The position numbers were made by a program, and so were the translations under genes. A DNA stretch of 61,679 nt, filler included. It is 5 parts of 5 records of this genome, joined end to end, with 100 filler letters (N's around TTAATTAATTAA, not from the genome) between each part and the next. Parts side by side here need not be neighbours in the genome. Positions count along the whole stretch, not along the records: positions 1 to 17,180 come from SRR31156797_5212; positions 17,281 to 38,739 come from SRR31156797_5229; 3 more parts are not named here. One strand, written 5' to 3'. Every line of letters starts with the position of its first letter. The first letter of the stretch is position 1. The notes beneath the pieces are model-generated. The model made no database searches. It had not been told where the DNA came from and worked only from the letters and a program-made list of their open reading frames with translations. Of the stretch, positions 9,372 through 19,105 are shown in pieces.

Positions 9372-11390
9372 TTATCTCAGGATGCTAACTTTTTTATTTA
9401 GGATAGTTTGGTTATCAATGAGGATGTTGAGGAAATAAATTCCATCACCCAGGTAGCTGAGGTCGAGACTTCCTGCATCAAAATTATCATATTGGTTCAT
9501 TACCGCACCAGCAGTATTGTATACCACAATCTGTGCATCTTCAACACCGCTGATGATCACTTTTCCGGTTGTCGGGTTCGGGAAAACCTGAACTGCCTTA
9601 CCTGCATTTTCTTCAATATCAGTGTCGATATCAAAGGTGATGCTGTACGTATAATACGTTGCATGGTCTTCGGCAAAAACACTTACGGTAGTTGTTCCAG
9701 GCAGTGTATTGGCAGGAACAATAATCGGCATGGCATTGCCATTTGATGTAGTTACTGTAATTTCAGGCACTTCCACGGTTCCTTCTTCAAGCATAATGGT
9801 ATACTCAAAAACATCAGGGGAAAATCCTTCCAGATCATCACCATCGACCATGATCGAAGTTAGTTCTGCATCGTTGCTGTATTCAGCATCTTCCATGGTA
9901 TAACCTGACTGGAAAATGTACATGGAGCCCATATCCTGAACAATCACAGCTACCCCAAGGTCGTCCCATTCTTCCACATTGGTACCTGCCAGGTCAACAG
10001 TTTCCGAAATGGTAACAGGAACACGGTCTTCAAAATTCACCACTGTTCCAAAGGCATCAGGAACCATTTTCATCATTACATGTTCAAATTCTGTTTCACC
10101 GTTTGTGGATGCATTGTCCTCGGTCAAATATTCAAAAACCACGATATAAACTGAAGTATTTTCCATATTGGTAAATGGAACCATGCTCACTTCAATGTCC
10201 ATCACAGTACCCTCGAGGGTATGCGCCCCGGCCATACTTATTAGTCCGGGTTCTCCCATTGAAGCGTTATACATGGTCTGGATAGCTGCCATATTGTTGT
10301 CGGTATAGGTTCCGTCAAGATTTGTCCATGGCACCCAGCTTACACCATACATGTTTCTGCGGTCGCCGCCTTCCTGTGTGTAGTATGGGTCGCCAGCACC
10401 GGGCCAGTTCATCTGGTATTTTACAAGCGTGATGCTCTCATCATGGTCGTTGCACCAGGGAACAAAACTCGAATTAAAGGAGGCGCAAGGCGCACATGTT
10501 GAGCTGGTGAATTCCTCCAAACAGGGACGATGCTGCACAGTGTAGCTAACAAAGTTTACTGATTTTTCGAGCATGTTATTACCGGGGTCATCGTCTTCAC
10601 CACCATTCACAGTTTCGATATTGAGTGTAAGTGTATAGCTGCCGATGGGTAGGTCAATCAGCCCATCACATGTAAAATCATAGGATTCGCCAAAATCAAC
10701 TGACAATCCACTGAATGAAGTAGTTGTGGGTTGTCCGTCGTCGATTTTCCAACTTATCTCCGTGTCTGTAATAGTGGTTTCGCCAAGGTTTTTAAAGGCT
10801 CCGGTTACTTCGGTGGGCCCATTGAGATAGGTGTTTGTTGAAATTACAGAGAGTCTTGCATCATGATTTAATGGAACAAAGAGCCAGATATCATCAATGT
10901 ACCAATAGTCGAGATTATAGAAGTTTCCATTGATGAAAATGCGAAACTGGAAATCAGAAGCTCCAACATCATCATTTTCAATTACTACAGTAACGGTTTC
11001 AGGCCCAATATCTCCTGTTGGGTTTACCGACCAAACATCATTCCATGTACCACCGTTTGAACGCGTAGAAACACCCAGCGTGTAGCCTGATCCTGAATAA
11101 TCATCCAGAAAGTGGTTGAACTGAAAGCTTATTGATTCGAGTCCGGTGAGGTCGATCTCAGGGCTGATAAGGCTTGATGTGGAAATTCCGCTTGTGTAGC
11201 TGAACATGGCTTCCGGAGCCTGGCCACCGGCATTGTTTCCGGACTCAACCGACCACTGCGATGCATAGGCGTCTATGCTCCAATCGGTTGGAGGCATATT
11301 TCCATCGGTGAAGTCTTCGAGTAAGTAGGTCTGGCCTGATAAGAAAAGTCCCAGGCTCATGAGCATGGCAAATAGTAGTGGTTTTTTCAT
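9372..11390 (-). CDS. Omp28-related thioredoxin-like T9SS cargo protein (CxxC)
   Basis: Signal peptide; LEEFTSSTCAPC, KYQMNWPGAGDPYY, GETEFEHVMMKMVPD; C-terminal VFPNP...GIYFL CTD. Confidence 0.85.
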   Translation of the reverse strand: MKKPLLFAMLMSLGLFLSGQTYLLEDFTDGNMPPTDWSIDAYASQWSVESGNNAGGQAPEAMFSYTSGISTSSLISPEIDLTGLESISFQFNHFLDDYSGSGYTLGVSTRSNGGTWNDVWSVNPTGDIGPETVTVVIENDDVGASDFQFRIFINGNFYNLDYWYIDDIWLFVPLNHDARLSVISTNTYLNGPTEVTGAFKNLGETTITDTEISWKIDDGQPTTTSFSGLSVDFGESYDFTCDGLIDLPIGSYTLTLNIETVNGGEDDDPGNNMLEKSVNFVSYTVQHRPCLEEFTSSTCAPCASFNSSFVPWCNDHDESITLVKYQMNWPGAGDPYYTQEGGDRRNMYGVSWVPWTNLDGTYTDNNMAAIQTMYNASMGEPGLISMAGAHTLEGTVMDIEVSMVPFTNMENTSVYIVVFEYLTEDNASTNGETEFEHVMMKMVPDAFGTVVNFEDRVPVTISETVDLAGTNVEEWDDLGVAVIVQDMGSMYIFQSGYTMEDAEYSNDAELTSIMVDGDDLEGFSPDVFEYTIMLEEGTVEVPEITVTTSNGNAMPIIVPANTLPGTTTVSVFAEDHATYYTYSITFDIDTDIEENAGKAVQVFPNPTTGKVIISGVEDAQIVVYNTAGAVMNQYDNFDAGSLDLSYLGDGIYFLNILIDNQTILNKKVSILR

Positions 11391-11440
11391 AAAAATTTGA
11401 AGTTTTTGTTATTTGAAAAGTTAAATAGAAAAATACTTTG

Positions 11441-11448
11441 CAAAAGTA
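11441..11448 (-). promoter_or_regulatory. Bacteroidota -7 promoter element
   Basis: TACTTTTG on the minus strand, 50 nt upstream of the Omp28-like ATG. Confidence 0.5.
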
Positions 11449-11690
11449 ATGGATTAGGACTTCCTAAAAAAATTTAAAAAGAAATTATTTATAGAAAAGT
11501 AATTTTGAAAGTGAGGTTAATTTGCCAAAAAATGAAACATAGGTAAATATGTATAAATCGAATAGATAACGCGCAGATATACAACAAGATATTGGCAATC
11601 TATTTTAAGAAATTTGGATTTGATGTTCTTGTTTTTATTCAATTTTCCGCACCAAATACGCTACGTATCAGACTTTTCAGGAAGCCCTGC

Positions 11691-12392
11691 TTATCTGTTG
11701 AGATATTCCAACAAAGCCCTTTTGATCTCCACATTCCGGGTTTTAACAATTTGTGAGAGCTTATCTACGGTGAGGTCAAGGTATTTTTGGGGAAGGTCCT
11801 TCAATTCATGGTAGCTCATCCTGTTGTTTAGTCTCAAATCTGTTAAGATATACTGGTCGTGGTTACGGTTGATTTTCACCTGCTCGTAAGTCTGTGTATC
11901 AAAAATATAATAGCCTACAAACGAAAACATGCTCACCGCATCCGGATATTTTGAGTAGGTGCCTACACCGTATTGTTTTCCATTCAGAAAACGATGGCTG
12001 ATCTTGTTTTCGGGTTCAAACTTTCTGAGAATGATCACCACAAAATCGATGTTCTCTTTTCCATGAAGTGTATCAAACCATGCTATCATATCCTTCGTGG
12101 GTTTCCCGACAAAGTTGAGCAGGGCCATCCGGTTAAGTTTTGGAGAGGGAGGCGCATTTGTTACAGCAATGTTGGCAGCCGTTAAAATATTTTGGAGGCC
12201 TGATGTGGTTTCGTGGTAGTAGTTAAAAACATCCTTCTCAAAAGTTGTCGAATACCAGCGGTTGCCATAAATGTGTGAAAGTACTGTATCAGCAAGGTTT
12301 ACCACAGCAACCTTAGCCCTTGGTGCCGGGGTTTGCGCCGACAGGATGCCAGATAATTGAAGCAGTGCTATGAGAATGAAAATTTTTTTCAT
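11691..12392 (-). CDS. Secreted hypothetical protein
   Basis: 233-aa ORF with a typical MKKIFILIALL...LSA signal peptide; no family recognised. Confidence 0.75.
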   Translation of the reverse strand: MKKIFILIALLQLSGILSAQTPAPRAKVAVVNLADTVLSHIYGNRWYSTTFEKDVFNYYHETTSGLQNILTAANIAVTNAPPSPKLNRMALLNFVGKPTKDMIAWFDTLHGKENIDFVVIILRKFEPENKISHRFLNGKQYGVGTYSKYPDAVSMFSFVGYYIFDTQTYEQVKINRNHDQYILTDLRLNNRMSYHELKDLPQKYLDLTVDKLSQIVKTRNVEIKRALLEYLNR

Positions 12393-12686
12393 GAATTCGA
12401 TTGAAAAATTGAATCTGCAAAATTACAGAATCAGTTAAGGCTGGTAACGTTAGCTCACGGTTTAATTGTCGAAATCTATTTGACAAATCCTTGCAATTCA
12501 ACAACAAATATCATATGCTCCGGGTACTCCCGGGTTTATCATCCATGCTGCACCGGAAAAACCCAAAAGTGTGTTAAAAATGGGGGTGAACAATGCAACC
12601 ATTGCATTGTTTAGAATCGTTAAAAATAAGTATCACTTTTATTAACCAATCTCAATTTACTGAAAAACAATTAATACGAACCAATT

Positions 12687-14267
12687 ATGAAGCGGATTTC
12701 ACTACTAATTTTACTTGTTACACTATTTTATTTTTCAAATGCTCAAAATGATGTTGAACAACTCGGACATCTTTCTTATAGTCAGGAGCTCAGCGATGTT
12801 TGGGGTTATGTTGACGAAGAAGGCAACGAATATGCACTTGTAGGCGTTTACGACGGATTTTCTGTTGTGGATGTAACTGATCCTTCAAATCCTGAAGAGG
12901 TTTATTTTGAGTCCGGCCCTCAATCCATATGGCGCGACATGAAGACATGGGGGGACTATGCGTATGTTTCCAACGAATCTTATGATGGTATTTTAATCGT
13001 CGACCTGAGCCCATTACCCGACGGGCCAATAACCACATCTACAAATTATTTTGGCAGTAATTATGGCTTCGAGAGTGCACATAACCTCTATATCGATGAA
13101 TTTGGCAAGCTCTACATTTTTGGGGCAGATAATGGCTCCGGTGGTGCTATAATTTGTGATGTTTCCGAATCACCGATGGAGCCACAGGAACTTGGTCGTT
13201 TTAATGATTTTTATTTACACGATGGAATGGCTCGTGGCGACACACTTTGGGGGGCAGGTATCTACCAGGGTGTGCTGGCGGCCATTGATGTTTCAAATCC
13301 GGCAAATCCTTCTATCATGGGAACTGTAAGTACTCCAGGGCAATTTGCCCACAACTGCTGGGTTTCAGATGATGGAACGCATGTTTTTACCACCGATGAG
13401 ATCAGCGATGGATATATTGGCGCTTTTAATGTTGAAGACCTTGGCAATATGTTTGAAACCGACCGCATCCAGTCAAGTCCCGGCGATGACGTTATTCCAC
13501 ATAATGTACATGTACGAAATAATTTCCTGATTACGTCCTATTACACAGATGGCGTTGTGATTCACGATGCCATCAACCCCGAAAACATCACAGAGGTTGG
13601 TAGTTACGATACTTCTCCTAACTTTTCCGGCCCCGGGTTTAGTGGTTCATGGGGAGCGTATCCGTTTTTACCCAGTGGGAATATTCTTGTTTCTGATATT
13701 GAGGAAGGACTTTATGTACTTGGATTTGATTTTGTGCGTGCAGCATTTGTGCAGGGAACCGTAATGGACAGTGTTTCAGGAGATCCACTTTTTGCCGTGA
13801 ATGTTGATGTGCTTGATACAGAGCTATCCACCCAAACCTTGTTTGATGGCAGTTTTGAGTTTGCTGCAACAATCACCGGAACTTTTGATATTCAGTTCAC
13901 GAAAACCTCATACGAAACCAAAGTGATCGAAAATGTTACGTTTGTTCAGGGTGAAGTTCAGGAACTTGAAGTAGAGCTGGTAAACGCGCTTTCTGTTTCA
14001 ATACAGGAACAGGAATTGGAAAATAGTATCGCCGTATTTCCAAACCCAACAAAAGCAGCTTTTAACCTGAATTATAATGATATTCCTTCAGCAAACGGGA
14101 ATGTAAATTTCACCGTTTACAGCGTAATCGGAAATATAATTGATGAGTTTATCCTGAATGGTTTTTCCGGAACAACCAGTTTTGGCGAAAAGTACCAGCC
14201 TGGAGTTTATTTCCTGCACATCGATAATGGTATGTCGAAAGATGTACGCCGGATTATAAAAGAATAA
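12687..14267 (+). CDS. Choice-of-anchor B / LVIVD-repeat beta-propeller T9SS cargo protein
   Basis: SDVWGY...EYALVG, WRDMKT, AHNCW, TTDE, HNVHV, WGAYPFLPSG; carboxypeptidase-regulatory-like domain; VFPNP CTD. Confidence 0.85.
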   Translation: MKRISLLILLVTLFYFSNAQNDVEQLGHLSYSQELSDVWGYVDEEGNEYALVGVYDGFSVVDVTDPSNPEEVYFESGPQSIWRDMKTWGDYAYVSNESYDGILIVDLSPLPDGPITTSTNYFGSNYGFESAHNLYIDEFGKLYIFGADNGSGGAIICDVSESPMEPQELGRFNDFYLHDGMARGDTLWGAGIYQGVLAAIDVSNPANPSIMGTVSTPGQFAHNCWVSDDGTHVFTTDEISDGYIGAFNVEDLGNMFETDRIQSSPGDDVIPHNVHVRNNFLITSYYTDGVVIHDAINPENITEVGSYDTSPNFSGPGFSGSWGAYPFLPSGNILVSDIEEGLYVLGFDFVRAAFVQGTVMDSVSGDPLFAVNVDVLDTELSTQTLFDGSFEFAATITGTFDIQFTKTSYETKVIENVTFVQGEVQELEVELVNALSVSIQEQELENSIAVFPNPTKAAFNLNYNDIPSANGNVNFTVYSVIGNIIDEFILNGFSGTTSFGEKYQPGVYFLHIDNGMSKDVRRIIKE

Positions 14268-14280
14268 TTGCTAACCTGAT

Positions 14281-14322
14281 AAAATAAAGGCTCTGCAGAT
14301 ATTGCAGGGCCTTTTTTATTTT
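14281..14322. terminator. Bidirectional intrinsic terminator
   Basis: AAAGGCTCTGCA-gatat-TGCAGGGCCTTTTTT between convergent genes. Confidence 0.75.
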
Positions 14323-14645
14323 GGGGGTAACGACATCACATATTCATAGCTTTCGTTGAGCAGTTTAATAAGTTTTTCCTGGTTGTCCAAAAGGTTTTCC
14401 GGGATAAGTACATAACCCTTCATTACAGCTCCATAAGATTTGAAGTTTGTGGTATGGAGCTCCACAAAATACTTTTCCTGAACTTCCTTTGAAAACCTGA
14501 TCCCAAGTTGGCCATCTTTATTGAGTTGCGAAAACATATGGCCGTTTGCCGATGTGTAGGGCATGGTTTTTCCTTTGCGTTCAAATTGTGGGCACATGCT
14601 CACTATTTCATCATATAAAGCCAGTATTTTTTTCCTTGATTCCAT
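14316..14645 (-). CDS. Small conserved hypothetical protein (TfoX/YjbR-like)
   Basis: RKGKTMPYTSANGHMFS, YGAVMKGYV, ESYEYVMSLPPK. Confidence 0.7.
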   Translation of the reverse strand: MESRKKILALYDEIVSMCPQFERKGKTMPYTSANGHMFSQLNKDGQLGIRFSKEVQEKYFVELHTTNFKSYGAVMKGYVLIPENLLDNQEKLIKLLNESYEYVMSLPPK

Positions 14646-14835
14646 TATTGCACGTTTTATTAATTGGGGGTTGGAGTTTATTATTTAATTCTTGAATTGA
14701 CTCTTCAGTTTTAGCAGATCAATAAAAAAAGCAAAACACACATTTTTTGATAATTTGGTCATACAATTCCTTTTGAAATTGATTTATATGATTTGTGTTC
14801 AAATGATTAGCAACGACAACTATTTGAAATTTTAA

Positions 14836-15645
14836 TTAATTAAAATAATCTGAGTATGTTTCCCCATCCTGAAAAAACTGTTTTGGCGATGATCCTGTAA
14901 ACTGTTTGAAATCATTAATCATATGTGGTTGGTCATAATATCCACAATGATAGGAAAGAGCGGTCAGGTTCATTTCTTTATTTATAGCTTTTGCATAAAT
15001 AGCACTCTGAAACCGGATAACTTTTTGGAATTGTTTTGGAGTTGCCCCGACATGTTTTAAGAATACCCGCTCAAACTGCTTCCTGCTCAGGCATGCCCGG
15101 GATGCAAGTTTTTCTACTGAAATATTTCCCCTGGTTGAATTTATTAGGTTTATACTTGTCGAAATCCTTGCCCTGTCTGTTTCATCAACATCTAAATCCA
15201 GCAACTTCAATAGGAACGTCTCAGTTATCCTGATTCTTTCATGAAAACTTACTGCCTCAAATAATTTTGACTCGAGGTTATTTGTCATCAAACCATCTAA
15301 ATTGTTTAATGCAATCTGTTTGTTATATAATTCATGGATAGGAAATTTGAAAAAAGCAGCCAACGCGGTTGGTTGAAAAAGGATTGAAAATATGGAAATT
15401 TTTCCCCTGAGATTAAGATCAGTATAACCATTCATCTGACCAGACAGAAATAAGCTATTATTTGCTGATCCGGAGAGGTTTGGATTTTTGGGATTGTTGC
15501 CAAAGTAAAATGTAAGTTCAGGCAGCCCGTGTGGTACTATGCGTTGCGTATGTTCCAGCCCATTTGTGGTACAACTATTAATAGCCCAGTATTGCTTTAC
15601 AAAAGCGGCTAATTTTGTTGATGGTCCGGAAATTTCTAATTTCAT
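14836..15645 (-). CDS. AraC-family transcriptional regulator (DUF6597-type N-terminus)
   Basis: C-terminal double HTH (LSRKQFERVF...GYYDQPHMINDFK). Start placed at MKLEISGP (15645). Confidence 0.9.
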   Translation of the reverse strand: MKLEISGPSTKLAAFVKQYWAINSCTTNGLEHTQRIVPHGLPELTFYFGNNPKNPNLSGSANNSLFLSGQMNGYTDLNLRGKISIFSILFQPTALAAFFKFPIHELYNKQIALNNLDGLMTNNLESKLFEAVSFHERIRITETFLLKLLDLDVDETDRARISTSINLINSTRGNISVEKLASRACLSRKQFERVFLKHVGATPKQFQKVIRFQSAIYAKAINKEMNLTALSYHCGYYDQPHMINDFKQFTGSSPKQFFQDGETYSDYFN

Positions 15646-15729
15646 CCTGTTTGGAATTGCAGTACAAAAATCTAAATAAATTGAAAACAGGAGGCTGAAT
15701 TTTTTAATGCTCAACCTCCCGACCCATCG

Positions 15730-16089
15730 CTATTGATCACCATACAGTCCAACCTTATTTCCTTCGCTGTCGTGTATCAGGGCAAAATATCCCCTGCCTT
15801 CAGCTTCAATTTTTGTTTTGGGCCGGATCAATTTCCCATGGTTTTTTATGACCCGTTTTATGGCGCCATCCAGATCCTTTTCAAGGTTAAAGCTTACCAG
15901 GACTCCATCGGCTGATGGTTTGAAATCCGGAGCAAAAGAGATTGCCCCTTCATCATTTGGAAAACAGGCCATTTTTTCCTCGCCAAAGTCCAGTATATTG
16001 AGTTCAACATTTAAAACATTGGTGTAAAATGCTACTGCCCTTTCAAAATTGGTAGCCGGTACTTCTACCCATGCAATTAACTTTTTCAT
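15730..16089 (-). CDS. VOC / glyoxalase-family protein
   Basis: WVEVPATNFERAVAFY and GYFALIHDSEGNKVGL. Confidence 0.9.
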   Translation of the reverse strand: MKKLIAWVEVPATNFERAVAFYTNVLNVELNILDFGEEKMACFPNDEGAISFAPDFKPSADGVLVSFNLEKDLDGAIKRVIKNHGKLIRPKTKIEAEGRGYFALIHDSEGNKVGLYGDQ

Positions 16090-16215
16090 CGATTTGTGAT
16101 TTGATTAATAAAAGAATATTGCTGCAAAAGTATTTACCACATAATCCATAAACTTGGAAAATTGCGACATCTTGGTTTCCAACCCCACCAAAAATTCAAC
16201 TGCAGATTTTTGATA

Positions 16216-16989
16216 CTACTTTCCTGCAATCACAAGCATCTCAAAATCTTTGATGGTTAGTTTGTCATTTCGTGAAAAAGCACCCAGGGTTGCGCCAAAC
16301 ATCTCGATGCTCTTAAACCCCAGTGTTTTCAGCAGCCAGGTAATTTCGCTGGGGACATAGTACCGTTCGTTGCATTCAAGCCTGATCTTTTTCCCGTCGT
16401 CGTCTTCAATCTCTGTGACGTTGTGATCGCGAAAGGTCATCAAATCAAACTTATTATCATGATAATTTGCATTGCCCTCAGCATTGCCGGCATTGGTAAA
16501 TTCCTCTACCGAATTATGAATTGGGAAGAGTCCGTTGAGCGTGGTAAAAATAAATTTGCACTTTGGTTTCAATGATTTGGTAACACTTTTCAGGATTTCG
16601 AAATTCATTTCATCGGTTTCCATCAGGGGGAAGCCACCTTCACAAAGCATGATAGCCACATCAAATTCTTCATTGAAAGGCAGGCTGCGGGCATCTGCAC
16701 GGACGAAGTCAATAGAAAGGTTTTCAGCACTTGCTTTTTGCCTGGCCCTTTCCAGTTGATTTTCCGAGAGGTCTACGCCGGTGACCGGGTATCCGCGTTT
16801 GGTCATTTCAATGCTATGTCTGCCTGTTCCACAACCTACATCCAGAATTTTCAATTTTTTATTGTGGGTGAGTTCCTTTTCCAGAAAATCACATTCACCC
16901 ATTGTTCCCCGGGTAAAGGTTTCATTGTCGTATTGTTCGGCATAATTCTCAAACAACTTTTCGTACCATTGTTTTTTCTGATCGCTCAT
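16216..16989 (-). CDS. Class I SAM-dependent methyltransferase
   Basis: ILDVGCGTGRH, VTGVDLS, ADARSLPF. Confidence 0.92.
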   Translation of the reverse strand: MSDQKKQWYEKLFENYAEQYDNETFTRGTMGECDFLEKELTHNKKLKILDVGCGTGRHSIEMTKRGYPVTGVDLSENQLERARQKASAENLSIDFVRADARSLPFNEEFDVAIMLCEGGFPLMETDEMNFEILKSVTKSLKPKCKFIFTTLNGLFPIHNSVEEFTNAGNAEGNANYHDNKFDLMTFRDHNVTEIEDDDGKKIRLECNERYYVPSEITWLLKTLGFKSIEMFGATLGAFSRNDKLTIKDFEMLVIAGK

Positions 16990-17180
16990 GGTAATGCTAT
17001 TTTAACCTGATTCATGCGCAAATCTATAGCATTTGTAAATTAACCCGGAATATTCATCTTTTTTTGATGAATAATCCGGGATAAGATGGACAAAACTTTT
17101 ACTTTAGCCTAACCTGGATAGGCCAAAACCAAGGAGGGAATTACTTTTAAAGCATGTAACATGTTTTGGCTTATCCAAGT

Positions 17181-17280
17181 NNNNNNNNNNNNNNNNNNNN
17201 NNNNNNNNNNNNNNNNNNNNNNNNTTAATTAATTAANNNNNNNNNNNNNNNNNNNNNNNNNNNNNNNNNNNNNNNNNNNN
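17181..17280. other. Artificial contig linker
   Basis: N44-TTAATTAATTAA-N44 (stops in all six frames). Confidence 0.98.
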
Positions 17281-17281
17281 C

Positions 17282-17719
17282 CAGGAACATGCCGGAGTAA
17301 TTCGTCACGGTGCTAAAGTATTATATGCATACTCTGAAGCTACGGTGCCTAAGGTAACTGTTATTTTGCGTAAAGCATACGGTGGTGGTTATATTGCTAT
17401 GAACTCTCGTCACTTAGGTGCCGACTTTATGTTCGCATGGCCTACTGCAGAAATTGCAGTTATGGGACCAGAAGGTGCAGCTAATATCATCTTTAAGAAA
17501 GAAATTGATGGAGCTGAGAATCCGGATGAAATGCGTCAGCTAAAGGTTCAAGAATACAAAGAAAAATTTGCGAACCCATATGTTGCTGCAGCTAAAGGAT
17601 ACATTGATTCAGTAATTGAACCTAATGATACGCGTAATATTTTATTACATGCATTAGAAGTATCTGAAGGTAAGGATGTTCATCATCCAGAGAAAAAACA
17701 TGGTATTCCTCCATTTTAA
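17282..17719 (+). CDS. Acyl-CoA carboxylase carboxyltransferase subunit, 5'-truncated
   Basis: Frame is open from the contig edge: QEHAGVIRHGAKVLYAYSEATVPK...RKAYGGGY...AVMGPEGA...KKHGIPPF. Confidence 0.93.
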   Translation, partial: QEHAGVIRHGAKVLYAYSEATVPKVTVILRKAYGGGYIAMNSRHLGADFMFAWPTAEIAVMGPEGAANIIFKKEIDGAENPDEMRQLKVQEYKEKFANPYVAAAKGYIDSVIEPNDTRNILLHALEVSEGKDVHHPEKKHGIPPF

Positions 17720-17730
17720 ATCGACTAGTT

Positions 17731-18051
17731 ATGAGCAATAAAGACGAATTAGTTGGCTTTAGAGTACACAGTTTGGAGTACCAAACTAAGGTTACTAAAA
17801 AGTTTGCGAACAGAAAAGCATGGCAAGCGCCAGATCCATGTGAAATTCGCTCTTATATTCCGGGAACAATCATTAAAATTAATGTGAAAGTCGGAGATAC
17901 AGTTAAAGAGGGAGAGTCACTTTTAGTGCTTGAAGCTATGAAAATGCAAAATCAAATTGCCATGCCATTTGATGGTAAGGTAAAAGAAATTTGCGTGAAA
18001 GAAGGTGATAAAATTCCTAAGCGTGAATTAATGATCCTTATTGAAGAGTAA
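17731..18051 (+). CDS. Biotin carboxyl carrier protein
   Basis: LEAMKM biotinylation motif. Confidence 0.92.
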   Translation: MSNKDELVGFRVHSLEYQTKVTKKFANRKAWQAPDPCEIRSYIPGTIIKINVKVGDTVKEGESLLVLEAMKMQNQIAMPFDGKVKEICVKEGDKIPKRELMILIEE

Positions 18052-18071
18052 GATTTTACTTTAAATAACAC

Positions 18072-18104
18072 AAAAGCCCCAAGATTTTATCCTGGGGCTT
18101 TTTT
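18072..18104. terminator. Bidirectional intrinsic terminator
   Basis: AAAAGCCCCAAGAT...ATCCTGGGGCTTTT between convergent genes. Confidence 0.75.
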
Positions 18105-18915
18105 ATATCTTCTCTTTCCAAATAAAGCAATCTTCAAATTCAAGATCTGAATCTTCCCTGAATAAACCAAATACCGCGGCTCCACTTCCTGTCATTGATG
18201 CATAAATAGCTCCATTTCCATACATCTTCTCCTTTATTTCTTTAATAAAAGGATGATTTGGGAAAACAGAATCTTCAAAATCATTTTGCAATTCATCTTT
18301 CCAGTTTTCAACAGGACTCTTTAACTTTTCTTCAATAGATACCTGAAGAACTTTGGGAACTACACCACTATATGCTTCAGGAGTAGAAATATGAATTTCT
18401 GGTTTTACCAGTAGCAAATAAAACCCAGTTAAATCGGTAGAATTAGGTATTAAAATATCCCCAATCCCTTTTGCTGTATGCGGCGTATTCTGAATAAAAA
18501 AAGCACAATCAGCACCAATTTGAGATGCGTACTTAAGTTGTTTATCTATCGAAATATGTAAGCTAAACATTTCATTCAACATTTTTATAGTAAAAGCTGC
18601 ATCTGCTGATCCTCCTCCTAAACCTGCTCCAAAAGGAATTACTTTATGTAAATGCATTTTTACAGGTGGGATATCAAAGTCTTGCTTTAACAGCATCAAT
18701 GCCTTAATACATAGATTATCCTCTGGACTACCGTCAATATGTATACCGCTACTGCTCCATACAAAAGGCTCTTTGCTACCTTTATTTTCTATAATTTCTA
18801 AACCATCTTTTAGTTGCAATGGATAAAATAAAGTTTCCAGATTATGATATCCATCTGGTCGCTTTTCTGTGATATATAAGCCAATATTAATTTTGGCATT
18901 GGGAAAACAAATCAT
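18103..18915 (-). CDS. ispE: 4-diphosphocytidyl-2-C-methyl-D-erythritol kinase
   Basis: AKINIGL, DGYHNLET, IPFGAGLGGGSADAA, NDFE, MTGSG. Confidence 0.96.
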   Translation of the reverse strand: MICFPNAKINIGLYITEKRPDGYHNLETLFYPLQLKDGLEIIENKGSKEPFVWSSSGIHIDGSPEDNLCIKALMLLKQDFDIPPVKMHLHKVIPFGAGLGGGSADAAFTIKMLNEMFSLHISIDKQLKYASQIGADCAFFIQNTPHTAKGIGDILIPNSTDLTGFYLLLVKPEIHISTPEAYSGVVPKVLQVSIEEKLKSPVENWKDELQNDFEDSVFPNHPFIKEIKEKMYGNGAIYASMTGSGAAVFGLFREDSDLEFEDCFIWKEKI

Positions 18916-19105
18916 ACTTCATCATAGATAATAATTTGCAAAGATAAATAAACTATTGATCAACTTATTTATTTAAAATATCTTTTGCACTTAACACTGA
19001 TACACTGCCTCTTATAAACTATTTTGAAACTATTTGAAAACTTATATTGAAGACTAAAGATTGTTGCTTAAATTTGTGTCCCCTTTTTAAAAACGATTTG
19101 TGATT

